Part shown: positions 11,169-21,572 of the stretch, in pieces
How the letters are laid out: the number at the start of each line of letters is the position of its first letter
Numbering within the stretch: position 1 is the stretch's first letter
From: an uncultured cyanobacterium
GTDB lineage: Bacteria; Cyanobacteriota; Cyanobacteriia; Cyanobacteriales; Nostocaceae
DNA length: 64,000 nt
Direction of reading: 5' to 3'
Assembly (NCBI GenBank): GCA_963706595.1
Contig: OY970166.1
Location: 3,616,001-3,680,000, forward strand
Notes under the pieces: generated by a model
The model's input: only the letters and a program-made list of their open reading frames with translations
What the model was told of the DNA's origin: nothing
The model's database searches: none
Translations under genes and position numbers: made by a program

Positions 11169-12164
11169 TTGATTTCTATGACTTGGTTGTTGCCGGCGCT
11201 GGGATTTCTGTTCACACTACTGATAGTCAGCATCGTCTTGTATCTCATCACTACTCGCCGTTATCAATCATCTAACTCCGTAGCCAATTCCTATGACCAA
11301 TGGACTGAAGACGGTATTTTGGAGTTTTATTGGGGCGAACATATCCACTTAGGTTATTATGGTTCGCCGCCACAAAAGCAGGATTTTCTCGCAGCTAAAT
11401 CCGACTTTGTGCATGAAATGGTGCGTTGGGGTGGTTTAGATGAATTACCCCGTGGTACTACCGTTTTAGATGTTGGCTGTGGAATTGGGGGTAGCAGTCG
11501 CATTTTAGCAGAGGATTACGGGTTTGCAGTCACAGGTATTACCATCAGCCCCCAACAAGTCCAACGCGCCCAGCAGTTAACTTCTGAGGAACTTGATGTG
11601 CAGTTCCTGGTGGATGATGCGATGGCACTTTCTTTCCCAGATGCTAGTTTTGATGTGGTTTGGTCGATTGAAGCTGGTCCACACATGCCAGATAAAGCCA
11701 TTTTTGCTAGAGAGTTGATGCGGGTGTTAAAACCCGGTGGAGTGCTGGTTTTAGCGGATTGGAATCAGAGAGATGACCGCCAAATTCCCCTAAATTTTTG
11801 GGAGAAACCCGTCATGAGGCAACTACTAGACCAGTGGTCTCATCCCGCTTTTTCCAGTATAGAAGGCTTTTCTGAGCTTTTGGCAGCGACGGGATTTGTC
11901 GAGGGGAAAGTGATAACCGCAGATTGGACTCAACAAACACTGCCTTCTTGGTTAGATTCTATCTGGCAAGGAGTGATTCGACCAGAGGGATTAGTGCGTT
12001 TTGGTTTATTTGGTTTGATTAAATCTCTCCGGGAAGTACCCACTCTCCTATTGATGCGGCTGGCATTCGGTACGGGACTCTGCCGATTTGGAATGTTTCG
12101 CGCTAAAAGAGCTAATTTATGGACAAAATCAACTCAGGAGACAGTTGCTGTGGAAACTGTTTAA
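11169..12164 (+). CDS. SAM-dependent methyltransferase, MPBQ/MSBQ (tocopherol/plastoquinone) type
   Basis: WGEHIHLGYY, LDVGCGIGGS, EAGPHMPDK; N-terminal TM segment. Confidence 0.85.
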   Translation: MISMTWLLPALGFLFTLLIVSIVLYLITTRRYQSSNSVANSYDQWTEDGILEFYWGEHIHLGYYGSPPQKQDFLAAKSDFVHEMVRWGGLDELPRGTTVLDVGCGIGGSSRILAEDYGFAVTGITISPQQVQRAQQLTSEELDVQFLVDDAMALSFPDASFDVVWSIEAGPHMPDKAIFARELMRVLKPGGVLVLADWNQRDDRQIPLNFWEKPVMRQLLDQWSHPAFSSIEGFSELLAATGFVEGKVITADWTQQTLPSWLDSIWQGVIRPEGLVRFGLFGLIKSLREVPTLLLMRLAFGTGLCRFGMFRAKRANLWTKSTQETVAVETV

Positions 12165-12290
12165 AGTTTGTATAGCGGTTATCAGTTAAGTGATATACAA
12201 GAACCCCACCCCCAACCCCCAACCCGCAAGCGAGGAGGGGGCTATTGAAGGAGTGAGCTTCCCGCCGCATTTGGTGATTTGCATCACAAT

Positions 12291-13187
12291 TTAATGCCTC
12301 AAATGATGATGCCAAGCCAATTTTGCTGCACCCACCATTCCTGCTGAATTGCCTAATTTTGCTGGTAATATTTGTAAGCCTGTGCGAGATGTAGGCATGA
12401 CTCGCTGTTCAATTTCGGCTTTTAGGGCGGGGAAAAAATACTCAAAGCTTGCACTAATACCGCCACCCAGAATAATCGCTTCTGGGGTTAAGACGTAAAT
12501 TAAACTAGTTAAACCAATACCTAAGTTCTTACCATATTCTTGCCAAAAAGTCAATGCTTCTATGTCTCCATTTGCGGCGAGTGCGCCTAATTCGGCGGGT
12601 TCTTTGCCAGTGCGGCGACGAATTGCGGTGATGGAAGCATACTGTTCTAAAGAACCGGAATTGCCACTTTTACATCTAGGTCCGTCGGGGTTCAAGGTAA
12701 TTAAACCCAGTTCCCCGGCTGCGCCTTGATGTCCGACAAATAGTTTGCCATCGAAAATAATCGCACCACCCACACCAGTTCCCAAGGTCAACAAAATCAG
12801 ATTTTGAACGTGGCTACCAGCACCCAACCAAGCTTCTGCTAATCCTGCACAGTTAGCATCGTTGGCAATAACGGTGGGTTTTCCTGTTTTGGCTTCTAAC
12901 CAGTCTGCTAAAGGCACATTTTGCCATCCTGGTAAGTTGATGGCGATTTGGGCAATGCGTCCGGTTTTATCGGCTGGACCTGGAGTACCCACACCAATGG
13001 CTACAGCTTGATTATAGGGGTCAATTTGCGCGATCGCATCTACCATCACAGCTAGAACTGCTTCTGGTGTCGATGGTTGGGGAGTTGCTACAGTCAAAGA
13101 TTGTAAGCAAGTACCATCCGGGTTGAACCGTCCCAGCTTTATCGCTGTTCCCCCCACATCAATTCCAATTAATTGTGTATTAACCAC
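12291..13187 (-). CDS. ROK family sugar kinase
   Basis: GIDVGGT, NDANCAGLAE, LGTGVGG, GELG. Confidence 0.92.
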   Translation of the reverse strand: MVNTQLIGIDVGGTAIKLGRFNPDGTCLQSLTVATPQPSTPEAVLAVMVDAIAQIDPYNQAVAIGVGTPGPADKTGRIAQIAINLPGWQNVPLADWLEAKTGKPTVIANDANCAGLAEAWLGAGSHVQNLILLTLGTGVGGAIIFDGKLFVGHQGAAGELGLITLNPDGPRCKSGNSGSLEQYASITAIRRRTGKEPAELGALAANGDIEALTFWQEYGKNLGIGLTSLIYVLTPEAIILGGGISASFEYFFPALKAEIEQRVMPTSRTGLQILPAKLGNSAGMVGAAKLAWHHHLRH

Positions 13188-13319
13188 CTGAAAAAATATA
13201 AGACAGACCTAACCGTTTCACTAAATCAAATACAGAACCTCACCCCCAACCCCTCTCCTTATCAAGGAGAGGGGAGAATACAAATGGTATTAGATTTTTT
13301 GGGTTTTGTTGCCCAAAAA

Positions 13320-13493
13320 TTATGATTTTTCAGTTTCTTTGACCATAACCTGTGAACTCGTCACCATTGCAGAATTAACACTCAATGGTAATTGCCAAGC
13401 TGTCATAGGAGTACCCCGTAACAAGCCGGACAAAGCAACGGATAACATAAACCCACCAGTAGCAGCCGCAATTAAAGAAATATTATCTTTCAC
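13320..13493 (-). CDS. small membrane-anchored hypothetical protein (57 aa), not in the ORF track
   Basis: GTG-start ORF MKDNISLIAAATGGFMLSVALSGLLRGTP...KETEKS with a purine-rich upstream region and a hydrophobic N-terminus. Confidence 0.55.
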   Translation of the reverse strand: MKDNISLIAAATGGFMLSVALSGLLRGTPMTAWQLPLSVNSAMVTSSQVMVKETEKS

Positions 13494-13621
13494 TCTACTC
13501 TCTCTGTAATAACTTCAAAGATATTTAGACGCAAAAACAGCAATTTAGATGCAATTAATGGCGAGTCTCAATCACCCACCATACACCTTGATAACTGATA
13601 ATTGATAACTGATAACTGAAT

Positions 13622-14545
13622 TTATTTCCGCATTCTATTCTCGCGCCGTAATCGAGGATTGACAAATTCATTTAACCCCTCACCCAGTAATGATAACCCT
13701 ACTACCATCAATGTCATTGCTAAACCAGGAAACAAGGTTGTCCACCAAATGCCTGTGGGTAAGGCTTCTAGGGCTTGTCTGAGGTCGTGTCCCCATTCTG
13801 GCACTTCTTCGGGAAGTCCTAGCCCCAAAAAGCCTAAACCGCCTAAGACTAAAATTGCATCGGCGGCATTCAGGGTAAATAATACGGGTACACTTTGAAT
13901 GACGTTAAAAAATAGATAGCGAGATAGTACCACCCAAGTAGAAGCACCCATGGCTTGAGCCGCTTCAATAAATACTTCTGTTTTGACGCTTACCGTGTGA
14001 TTACGGACAACGCGATAATATTGGGGAACGTAGGCAATGCTAATGGCGATCGCCGCATTGAAAATTCCCCGCCCTACCACAAAAGCCAGTGTCACTGACA
14101 GCAGCAGCCCTGGTAAGGTGTAGATACTGTCCATGAGAAACAGCAACAGCTTATCTAATTTACCGCCTAAATATCCACTCACCATTCCCAACGGCACACC
14201 AATAAACATACTCAAGGCTGTAGCTAAAATGACTACTTGTAGTGCAGCCTGAACACCAAACAATGTGCGAGAAAATACATCATGTCCCAGGCGACTTGTG
14301 CCAAACCAATATTTAGCTGATGGTGGTTCTTGAATGGGGTTAGATAGGAACTCTCTGGGGTTTTGCAGCCATCCCCAAGCTTGAAACACGGGAGCGAAGA
14401 AGGCTAGGAAGAGGAAAAATAGGGTAATGGCTATCCCAATTAGCATTAATTTTTGGGAAAGGTTGGGATTTTGAGCAAAACGTAAAAATGTCGGTAGCTG
14501 ACGTTTAGTCATGGCCATGAGCGATCGCCTAAAGCAAGATACCAT
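13622..14545 (-). CDS. ABC transporter permease (DppC/OppC type)
   Basis: FGTSRLGHDVFSR, EAA motif FIEAAQAMGAS, multiple TM segments. Confidence 0.9.
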   Translation of the reverse strand: MVSCFRRSLMAMTKRQLPTFLRFAQNPNLSQKLMLIGIAITLFFLFLAFFAPVFQAWGWLQNPREFLSNPIQEPPSAKYWFGTSRLGHDVFSRTLFGVQAALQVVILATALSMFIGVPLGMVSGYLGGKLDKLLLFLMDSIYTLPGLLLSVTLAFVVGRGIFNAAIAISIAYVPQYYRVVRNHTVSVKTEVFIEAAQAMGASTWVVLSRYLFFNVIQSVPVLFTLNAADAILVLGGLGFLGLGLPEEVPEWGHDLRQALEALPTGIWWTTLFPGLAMTLMVVGLSLLGEGLNEFVNPRLRRENRMRK

Positions 14546-14660
14546 TCTACACAGTCAGTCCATATTGCCATACCTTTGGTGAAAGTGGCGATCGCCTCAG
14601 TTGTTTTCTGAACTCAAGCGGCTGTAATATTAGCATCAGAAGATTCTGGGAATAAATTCT

Positions 14661-15500
14661 ATGCAAATTAGCCTGAAAACAAGGATCTTGAACTACTTTC
14701 AGTCCCTAAAAACATATCGTTGCTTAAAGACAGATAGGTTTTATTGGTTACTTCTATTTTCATCTACATTGTTACTCAGTACCTCTGATACAGTGGTAGC
14801 AATTGTAGCGCCTCAACAAATTGCCCAAGTCATTCCCAGGGCTAGTATTAACCGTCCTACCCTCAAACTTGGTAGTCAAGGAGAAAGAGTATCAGAACTT
14901 CAAGCAGCTTTAAAACTTTTGGGCTTTTATTCAGGTGCAGTGGATGGTATCTACAAAGAAGACACAGCCAGCGCTGTTTCTCGGTTCAAGCAAGCAGTTA
15001 ATTTGAATCCAGATGGGATTGTTGATGCTAGCACTTGGCAACGACTATTCCCCACAGAGCCAATAATTACTCCAAATATCTCTTCGCCTAACCCGCCTTC
15101 TAACTTGACCTCAAGTTTTCCTGTTCCCACCCAAACCACCCAAACTCCAAGGGTTACGAGTCCTCAACCTCAACCAAGACCAACTCCAAGGGCTACAAGT
15201 CCTCAACCCCAGCCAAGACCGACCTCGCCGCCCTCCAGACCATCCACTACACCTGCTGGACAAATCCCTGGTGTTCAATATACCTCCCAAGGATTGCCGA
15301 TTTTACGTTTAGGAATGTTTAATGCGGAAGTGAGAAAGCTGCAAGAACGACTCAAACAGCTTGGTTTTCTGACTGGTAATGTAGATGGAGATTTTGGACT
15401 GATGACTGAAGCAGCAGTCAAAGCTGCACAACAGCGCTATGGTTTAGAGGCTGACGGTGTAGTTGGTGGTGCTACCTGGGAAGCATTAGGACGAAGATAG
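14661..15500 (+). CDS. peptidoglycan-binding domain protein (two PG_binding_1 domains, Pro/Thr linker)
   Basis: L..G..G..V..LQ..L..LGF..G.VDG.....T..AV..(F/A)....L..DG.V...TW twice. Confidence 0.85.
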   Translation: MQISLKTRILNYFQSLKTYRCLKTDRFYWLLLFSSTLLLSTSDTVVAIVAPQQIAQVIPRASINRPTLKLGSQGERVSELQAALKLLGFYSGAVDGIYKEDTASAVSRFKQAVNLNPDGIVDASTWQRLFPTEPIITPNISSPNPPSNLTSSFPVPTQTTQTPRVTSPQPQPRPTPRATSPQPQPRPTSPPSRPSTTPAGQIPGVQYTSQGLPILRLGMFNAEVRKLQERLKQLGFLTGNVDGDFGLMTEAAVKAAQQRYGLEADGVVGGATWEALGRR

Positions 15501-15520
15501 CTAATTTCTCCAAAAAACTG

Positions 15521-15874
15521 ATGAAACACTTTTTGCTAACTTGGCTGGGTACTGCGGTGGCTTTGCTGATTACCGCTAACGTTGTTCCTGGATTTTTTGT
15601 CAGGGATTTTGTCGCTGCTTTAGTCGCTGTAGCAATTATTGGCTTGGTAAATGCGTTTATTCGCCCAATTTTCAGCATTTTAGCGTTTCCAATTACCTTA
15701 ATTACCTTTGGTTTATTTACATTTGTCATCAATGCTTTAACTCTTTGGCTAGCAAGTAACCTCACTCCTGGTTACGGTTTTGAAATTCAAGGATTCTTAC
15801 CTGCCTTAGTGGGTTCAATTGTGCTAACAATTGTTTCTAGTCTAATTAGCTATTTTCTCAAAGTTATTTTGTAA
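15521..15874 (+). CDS. YvlD/DUF360 ('phage holin family') membrane protein
   Basis: Four TM segments; GLVNAFIRPI..P....TFGLF..VINAL. Confidence 0.85.
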   Translation: MKHFLLTWLGTAVALLITANVVPGFFVRDFVAALVAVAIIGLVNAFIRPIFSILAFPITLITFGLFTFVINALTLWLASNLTPGYGFEIQGFLPALVGSIVLTIVSSLISYFLKVIL

Positions 15875-16300
15875 CACGGCAACAGCTATTGTCACCGTCC
15901 CTGGTTCTCCCTGTAAGCGAAAAATGTGTTTAGGAACTAATAATCTGATTTCTAGCTCTTGCTTTCTAGTTAAAGATGGGGTGATGTGGGAGACGGCGAG
16001 AATAGCAGCCGCTTCAGCTACGCTGGGAGTTCCCACGGTTTTTCCCGCGATTTTGGCAGGGTTGGGGACAGATACAGTAGACAAAATCTCTGCGGGAAAG
16101 ATTTTTAAGGAAAAATTGCGTAGACAGCAAAGTTCTATTAAACCCACTTCTGAAGCTTTAGTATCGATGGTAGCAAGACCCGCGATCGCATTTTCGTTGA
16201 GTTGATGGTCTTGAAATACTTTTTGTATTGCCGTTAACATCAATTTCCCTGAACTACCCTTTTGACAACCAATTCCTACCCATAAATTTTGTGGCTGCAT
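15842..16300 (-). CDS. cobalamin biosynthesis protein (CbiG C-terminal/CobE-like)
   Basis: VGIGC, ATIDTKA.E.GL, GTPSVAEAAA. Confidence 0.85.
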   Translation of the reverse strand: MQPQNLWVGIGCQKGSSGKLMLTAIQKVFQDHQLNENAIAGLATIDTKASEVGLIELCCLRNFSLKIFPAEILSTVSVPNPAKIAGKTVGTPSVAEAAAILAVSHITPSLTRKQELEIRLLVPKHIFRLQGEPGTVTIAVAVLQNNFEKIAN

Positions 16301-16688
16301 AATTCATCCGTCTTTTTCTGAGCTAATAACCTCAAGAATTGCCTAAAAATACCAGCAATATTAGCTTAAATAAACCTTGCATTTGACGAGTCTATTATAA
16401 TACCTGGAAACTGCTCTTTATAATACTGTTAAACCCAATTAAACCTTATATATTTAGCTTATCTAGCACAGTAGGAAACACCAAGGTAGAAACATTTTGC
16501 CTGTTATACCTTAGTGTTTCAATTTTTTCCTTCTCCGGCGCGGCCAGTTTTTCAAAGTTGCGACGGAGTTTTGTGATCTTAATTTTTTAATAAGATATGG
16601 GACTCATATTTGATTTGTGTTTCCCACTCCCCACTCCCCACTCCCCACCTACGCAAGTAAGTTTAATAATCAAAGTGGGTTTCTATAA

Positions 16689-17984
16689 CTATTCCTGTGC
16701 GCCAGCTTTTTGCAGACTTCGCACTATATTCTTATACCCATTAAATTCTGCAATCATCAAAGCAGTATAACCGCCCCGATTTTTCAGATTTATATATGCC
16801 CCAGCTGCGAGTAATATCTGTACACATCCACCATAGCCTCCAGAGACTGCCCACATCAATGCTGTTGCCCCTGCTAAGTCCTGAAAATTCACATTTGCAC
16901 CCTTAGCCAGCAATAACCTGATTATCCCTGGGTAATTGCCTTCTGCGGCTTTAATTAAAGCTGTTTTACTATCATTCCCTAAAGTATTAGCATCAGCACC
17001 GTAATCTAGTAATATTTTTACTGTCTCTATGTGTCCCTGGGATATTGCCAGCATCAGAGGTATACCCAAAGTTGTTCTGTTGATTTTTCCACAAGAACTC
17101 AGCAATATCTCCACGATTTGGCTATATCCCTGCAATGCGGCTACAAGCATTGGTGTATCACCTAGATGATTTGAAATTTGGGGGTCTGCACCTCGGTTAA
17201 TTAACACTTGCACCAAATCCACATAACCTTCGACAGCAGCCAAATGTAGGGCAGTTTCACCATCGTTGTCTTGATGATTAATCTCCGCACTTTGATCTAG
17301 TAAAGCAGATGCGATCGCACTGTGTCCTGTGGCGGCGGCGGCCAATAGCGCAGTAATACCATCTGCATTTTTCAGGTTGACATCAGCCCCAGCTACCAGC
17401 AATGCTTGGACAACGCCCAAATGTCCCAAGTCAGATGCAATCATCAAAAGTGTTTCACCTTCTTCGTCTGGCTGATTGACATTCGTAGTGTTTTGTGATA
17501 ATAATTCGACAACTGCTGTATGACCGGATTTTACAGCCAATTTCAAAGCGCTATCATTATCTTGATCGGTGATATTTACTTCAGCGCCAGCAGCCAGTAA
17601 AACTTGCACTACATCAACATAACCTTTAAGTGCAGCAGCCATTAAAGCTGTGCTGCCATCTTCATTAATGGCATTCACATCAGCACCTCTAGATACCAAA
17701 AGCTTTATAATGTCGAGTTGATTGGTACTAGCAGCCAACATCAAAGCCGTTAAACCATAGCGTTTTCGAGGTAAGTTAATATTTGCCCCGGCATCTAATA
17801 GCGATCGCACAATTTCGGTGTAACCTAAGTTGGCAGCAAACATTAAGGCTGTAGTACCATCGCGATCGCATACGTCAACCTTAGCATCAGCGGCCAGTAG
17901 CGCACACACCCGTTTAATATCGCCACTTTTAGCAGACTTTAGCAGCAAAACATCGTTATTTTCCATGATCAATATTCCCCGCAT
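16689..17984 (-). CDS. ankyrin repeat protein
   Basis: About 12 G.TALM.AA..G..(D/E).V..LL..GA repeats. Confidence 0.95.
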   Translation of the reverse strand: MRGILIMENNDVLLLKSAKSGDIKRVCALLAADAKVDVCDRDGTTALMFAANLGYTEIVRSLLDAGANINLPRKRYGLTALMLAASTNQLDIIKLLVSRGADVNAINEDGSTALMAAALKGYVDVVQVLLAAGAEVNITDQDNDSALKLAVKSGHTAVVELLSQNTTNVNQPDEEGETLLMIASDLGHLGVVQALLVAGADVNLKNADGITALLAAAATGHSAIASALLDQSAEINHQDNDGETALHLAAVEGYVDLVQVLINRGADPQISNHLGDTPMLVAALQGYSQIVEILLSSCGKINRTTLGIPLMLAISQGHIETVKILLDYGADANTLGNDSKTALIKAAEGNYPGIIRLLLAKGANVNFQDLAGATALMWAVSGGYGGCVQILLAAGAYINLKNRGGYTALMIAEFNGYKNIVRSLQKAGAQE

Positions 17985-18055
17985 CAGCAGGTTTTGTGAG
18001 TCTAGTCCCCAAATTTAGTCTGAAATTGTTTAACCACTTTGGCAAGAGGGGAAAT

Positions 18056-18147
18056 TAATTCGTAATTCGTAATTCGTAATTCGTAATGCTCCCTTTCCTG
18101 CGGAACGCTACGCGAACGGGAGAGCTACGCTAACGTAATTCGTAATT
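18056..18147. repeat. STRR (CGTAATT)n with nested small dispersed repeat inserts
   Basis: CGTAATT units flank GC-rich GCTACGCGAAC/GCTACGCTAAC inserts. Confidence 0.65.
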
Positions 18148-18301
18148 AAGAAGGAGGATTTAATCATAAAATACACAGACCTCACCCCCAGCCCCTCTCC
18201 TTACCAAGGAGAGGGGAGACTTTGCTCCCCCACATCTTTCGCTCTTGGCAACTTTAAGCACAGAAATTAGAGTTATGCTAATTTTTATGAAGATTTAAGA
18301 A

Positions 18302-18787
18302 TTGGGCGAGAACACTATGAATCTGGAACTGTCATCGGAAGTTAAATATTGGCTAAACTTTTTTCACCCAGTCACCATGTGGGGACTATTCGCACTCTCA
18401 TTGTACGCTGCTTACTCAGGGCTACAAGTACAGCGCACCAGAAACGCTCAAGGGGATGAAAAAAAAGAACTGATTAAAGGTAAGTATAACATTAAGCACC
18501 ACCAAATGGGTTCTATACTCTTAGGTTTGATGGTGACAGGTGCTATTGGTGGTATGGCTGTTACCTACATCAATAACGGTAAGTTATTTGTCGGACCGCA
18601 TTTACTAGCTGGACTGGGAATGACTGGTCTGATTGCCTTTTCGGCTTCTTTATCTCCTTTCATGCAAAAAGGAGCAAATTGGGCGCGCGCAACTCATATT
18701 TTGCTAAATTTCGCACTTTTGGGACTGTTTACTTGGCAGGCTATTACTGGGGTGCAAATTGTCCAAAGGATTCTGACTAATGCTTAG
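18302..18787 (+). CDS. DUF4079 family membrane protein
   Basis: HP.TM, HHQMG, GPHLLAGL, H..LN conserved His pattern. Confidence 0.8.
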   Translation: MGENTMNLELSSEVKYWLNFFHPVTMWGLFALSLYAAYSGLQVQRTRNAQGDEKKELIKGKYNIKHHQMGSILLGLMVTGAIGGMAVTYINNGKLFVGPHLLAGLGMTGLIAFSASLSPFMQKGANWARATHILLNFALLGLFTWQAITGVQIVQRILTNA

Positions 18788-18837
18788 TCATTAGTTTTTA
18801 GTCATTAGCCATTGACTATTGGCTAATGACTGTTAAT

Positions 18838-19521
18838 TTAGCGCTTTTTCGGGGAATTAGGAAAGGGTATTCCCAGAGATTGATGAAAATCTGCCTGGAC
18901 TTTGCGAGTTAAGCGGCGGGATACTTGACGGACGATTTGATTAAGTAAGCGATCGCCTGTAGATTGAATCAGAGATTGGGGCAATCGTTGAATAAATTTG
19001 GGAAAGTGGAGATTAACTAACAAATCTAATTCCCATTCAATGCGTGTAATCTCACTAAAACCGTGATTCGATGTGTTCTGGACATTTTCTACCAACTGTA
19101 GCGATGCCTGATAGTCTACATCATAGCCAGGCGGATGGTAGTCAGGAACAGGGATTGTCCGAATCCGGTATATTCCTTGGTCTGGAGGTAAAAGTTCTAG
19201 ACCAATTTTTGGCTCTACGTCATAACCAAAAGAGCCAAAGCGACCGATAATTACAGCATAACCATTTTCAGCCAAGGGTTGTACTTTCATTGGTTCAGCA
19301 CAGCGCGAAAACCAGGAGGCGTGAGTTTCCAGATACTCTGCAACTGTCTCGGCTGGGGCATACATTTCCATTGAGTCGCTATAATGACCGCAAAACTTGG
19401 AGAATGACCCAAAGGTTGTTTCTGTATCAGTGTCTTCAGATTCTGTTAAACTTGACGCTACGGGCAAAACTGTTTCTTTTATATCCCAAGATTGATGTTC
19501 GCCGTTTTTTGAAAGCATCAA
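18838..19521 (-). CDS. DUF1997 family protein
   Basis: WFSRCAEPM, GRFGSFGY.VEPKIGL, TGDRLL.QIVRQVSRRLT. Confidence 0.8.
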   Translation of the reverse strand: MMLSKNGEHQSWDIKETVLPVASSLTESEDTDTETTFGSFSKFCGHYSDSMEMYAPAETVAEYLETHASWFSRCAEPMKVQPLAENGYAVIIGRFGSFGYDVEPKIGLELLPPDQGIYRIRTIPVPDYHPPGYDVDYQASLQLVENVQNTSNHGFSEITRIEWELDLLVNLHFPKFIQRLPQSLIQSTGDRLLNQIVRQVSRRLTRKVQADFHQSLGIPFPNSPKKR

Positions 19522-19699
19522 TGTGTTCCCCTATAAATTGGCTTTTGTCTATAAATTAAGAGTTCCCAACTTGCTGGTGTAGTTTACCAGTGGACTTATA
19601 TTTTTGTTGAAACCTCACAAATCTGTCTTCAACTTCATCAAATCACTAAAATTAAAGAACTAAATCATTACATATTAGTTTCCCAGGATAGTTTTTTTT

Positions 19700-20488
19700 G
19701 TGAAAATCGCTGATTTAATTACTTGGTTTGAAGCATGGGCAAATCCGGCTTGGTGTGAAAAATGGGATAATTGCGGTTGGCAAATTCAACCGGGTGTGTT
19801 AAAGGAAAAGGCGCGGGTTTTGGTTTGTTTGACACCGACTTTAGCTGTGATGCACGAAGCGATCGCTCTCAATGCTAATCTAATTTTTGCTCATCATCCA
19901 CTGATTTTTAATTCTCTTAAGTCATTATGTACTGGTGAAGCGATCGCCGAAATGGCAAGATTAGCTTTTACCCACAATATTGGCATTTACAGCGCCCACA
20001 CCAATTTTGATCAAGTACAGGATGGTACGGCTGACGTTTTAGCTCAAATTTTAGATTTGCACTCAACCACTCCCATCGTACCCACACAAGCAGGATTGGG
20101 CTATGGGCGTGTTGGTTTATTAAAGCCATTTCTGACTTTAGAAGAATTACTCGCGACCATTCAAACCCGACTCGCTGTACCTAATTTGATTTTTTCCCCC
20201 ACTGCTGACTTACAGCAGAAGATTTCACGAGTGGCTGTGTTAGGCGGTTCAGGCGCTAGTTATATTTCGGAAGTAGTCAAAACTGATGCTCAAGTTTATT
20301 TAACTTCTGATTGTAAATTCCATCAGTTTCAGGAAAGCCGCGATCGCAATTTGATTTTAATTGATGCAGGACACTATGCCACGGAACGCCCGGCTTGCGA
20401 TCGCTTAGTACAAAAATTTATAGCTTTAAACCTCGACTGGGTAAAATTGAGTCACAAAGATGAAGACTTCCGCCAATTTATTCTGTAA
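19700..20488 (+). CDS. Nif3-like dinuclear metal centre protein
   Basis: WDNCG, HHPLIF, HTNFD, DAGHYATE. Confidence 0.92.
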   Translation: MKIADLITWFEAWANPAWCEKWDNCGWQIQPGVLKEKARVLVCLTPTLAVMHEAIALNANLIFAHHPLIFNSLKSLCTGEAIAEMARLAFTHNIGIYSAHTNFDQVQDGTADVLAQILDLHSTTPIVPTQAGLGYGRVGLLKPFLTLEELLATIQTRLAVPNLIFSPTADLQQKISRVAVLGGSGASYISEVVKTDAQVYLTSDCKFHQFQESRDRNLILIDAGHYATERPACDRLVQKFIALNLDWVKLSHKDEDFRQFIL

Positions 20489-20697
20489 CACCACCGTCAA
20501 AAGAAGCAGGGGAGCAGGGAGCAAGGGAGCAAGGGAGAAGACAAAAGACAGAGCTTAATACGTAAGCGTTCAGCATTTTTGAACGCATTACATAACCAAA
20601 TTTAGAGTGATCAAGTAACCCACATAGTTTAACTTTTTGATCAGCCGATAAATTTTCTCACATTTTCCCACCCAACCATCACCTTTTTTGAGCATTC

Positions 20698-20735
20698 TGT
20701 GATTTCAATCACAAAAATAAGTGATCACAATCACC
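20698..20735. promoter_or_regulatory. tandem CRP-type binding boxes
   Basis: TGTGA-tttcaa-TCACA (20698-20713, perfect consensus) and AGTGA-tcacaa-TCACC (20720-20735). Confidence 0.55.
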
Positions 20736-20820
20736 TATTATCACTGTTTTATATCAATCAATAAAAGGAATAAATGTTCCACAATAGAATTAACAAAATT
20801 CTCACCGTACCCTAATCAAC

Positions 20821-21036
20821 ATGATTCGCACACTCGTTGAATCTGCCTTCCAAACTGGATATCTTAGTGTCGAATCTGAGGGTTTACTCCATCAAGTATT
20901 AGCCAGTAAGTGCTATAGTTCAGAGGATTTGGCAGTTCTTTCAGCTTTATATGACGCAGTTAACACAGGTAAAATTAAAAGAGAAGCATCCTCACAACTG
21001 CCGATAGAATTTCTCGGACAATCTAAAATTAAGTAA
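20821..21036 (+). CDS. small conserved cyanobacterial hypothetical protein
   Basis: IR.LV..A..TGYL...E.....L.........L..L..A...G.I pattern. Confidence 0.7.
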   Translation: MIRTLVESAFQTGYLSVESEGLLHQVLASKCYSSEDLAVLSALYDAVNTGKIKREASSQLPIEFLGQSKIK

Positions 21037-21572
21037 TTCTGCCCCTAGATTGTAGTCGCAAATTCCTGGTTTACGCACACTCACCTTCAAGTTTTCAGTG
21101 CGTCAACTCAAAACTCTTTGCCGATTGTGAGAGAAAAGCATTAAGGTTGGTCAGAGAATGAGTTAAGATCAAATACATAGGGATAAAAATAAAGCAGAGT
21201 TCCCGGACTTTCCAGCAATGCCAATGACTACAACTAAGCAAATTAAACAACCGCAATCAAAGCTTGATTTGTGGTGTTTTTTATTACATAGTTACAGAAA
21301 TACTGCTGAGGAGAATTACTGTATTGTGTGACTTCTCAAAGGTAGAGATTCGTTGAAGACCTGAAGGAGATTTTGTTACCCTTGTGCAGTAGCTGTGAGT
21401 CTGTGACTTCAAATTTCTCTAGATTTTAGCAAAAATAAGCAAGTCTATGGGTAGAATCATAAGATACAGTGATGCCTAACTGCGGAACTGATTTCTTAAA
21501 GGTGTATCTAAATGGGGTAAAACCCAAACTTTACAGGTTTAACTACGTTGTTTAAAAAGGTAGAAGCAGTAT

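Noticed and set aside
14661..15874. prophage lysis cassette (PG-binding protein plus 'holin')
   Set aside because: Both are common chromosomal cyanobacterial genes, and no phage structural or integrase genes are nearby.
16301..16688. cobalamin riboswitch upstream of the CbiG-like gene
   Set aside because: No recognisable B12-box (GCCACTG) or GGGAA core on the coding strand.
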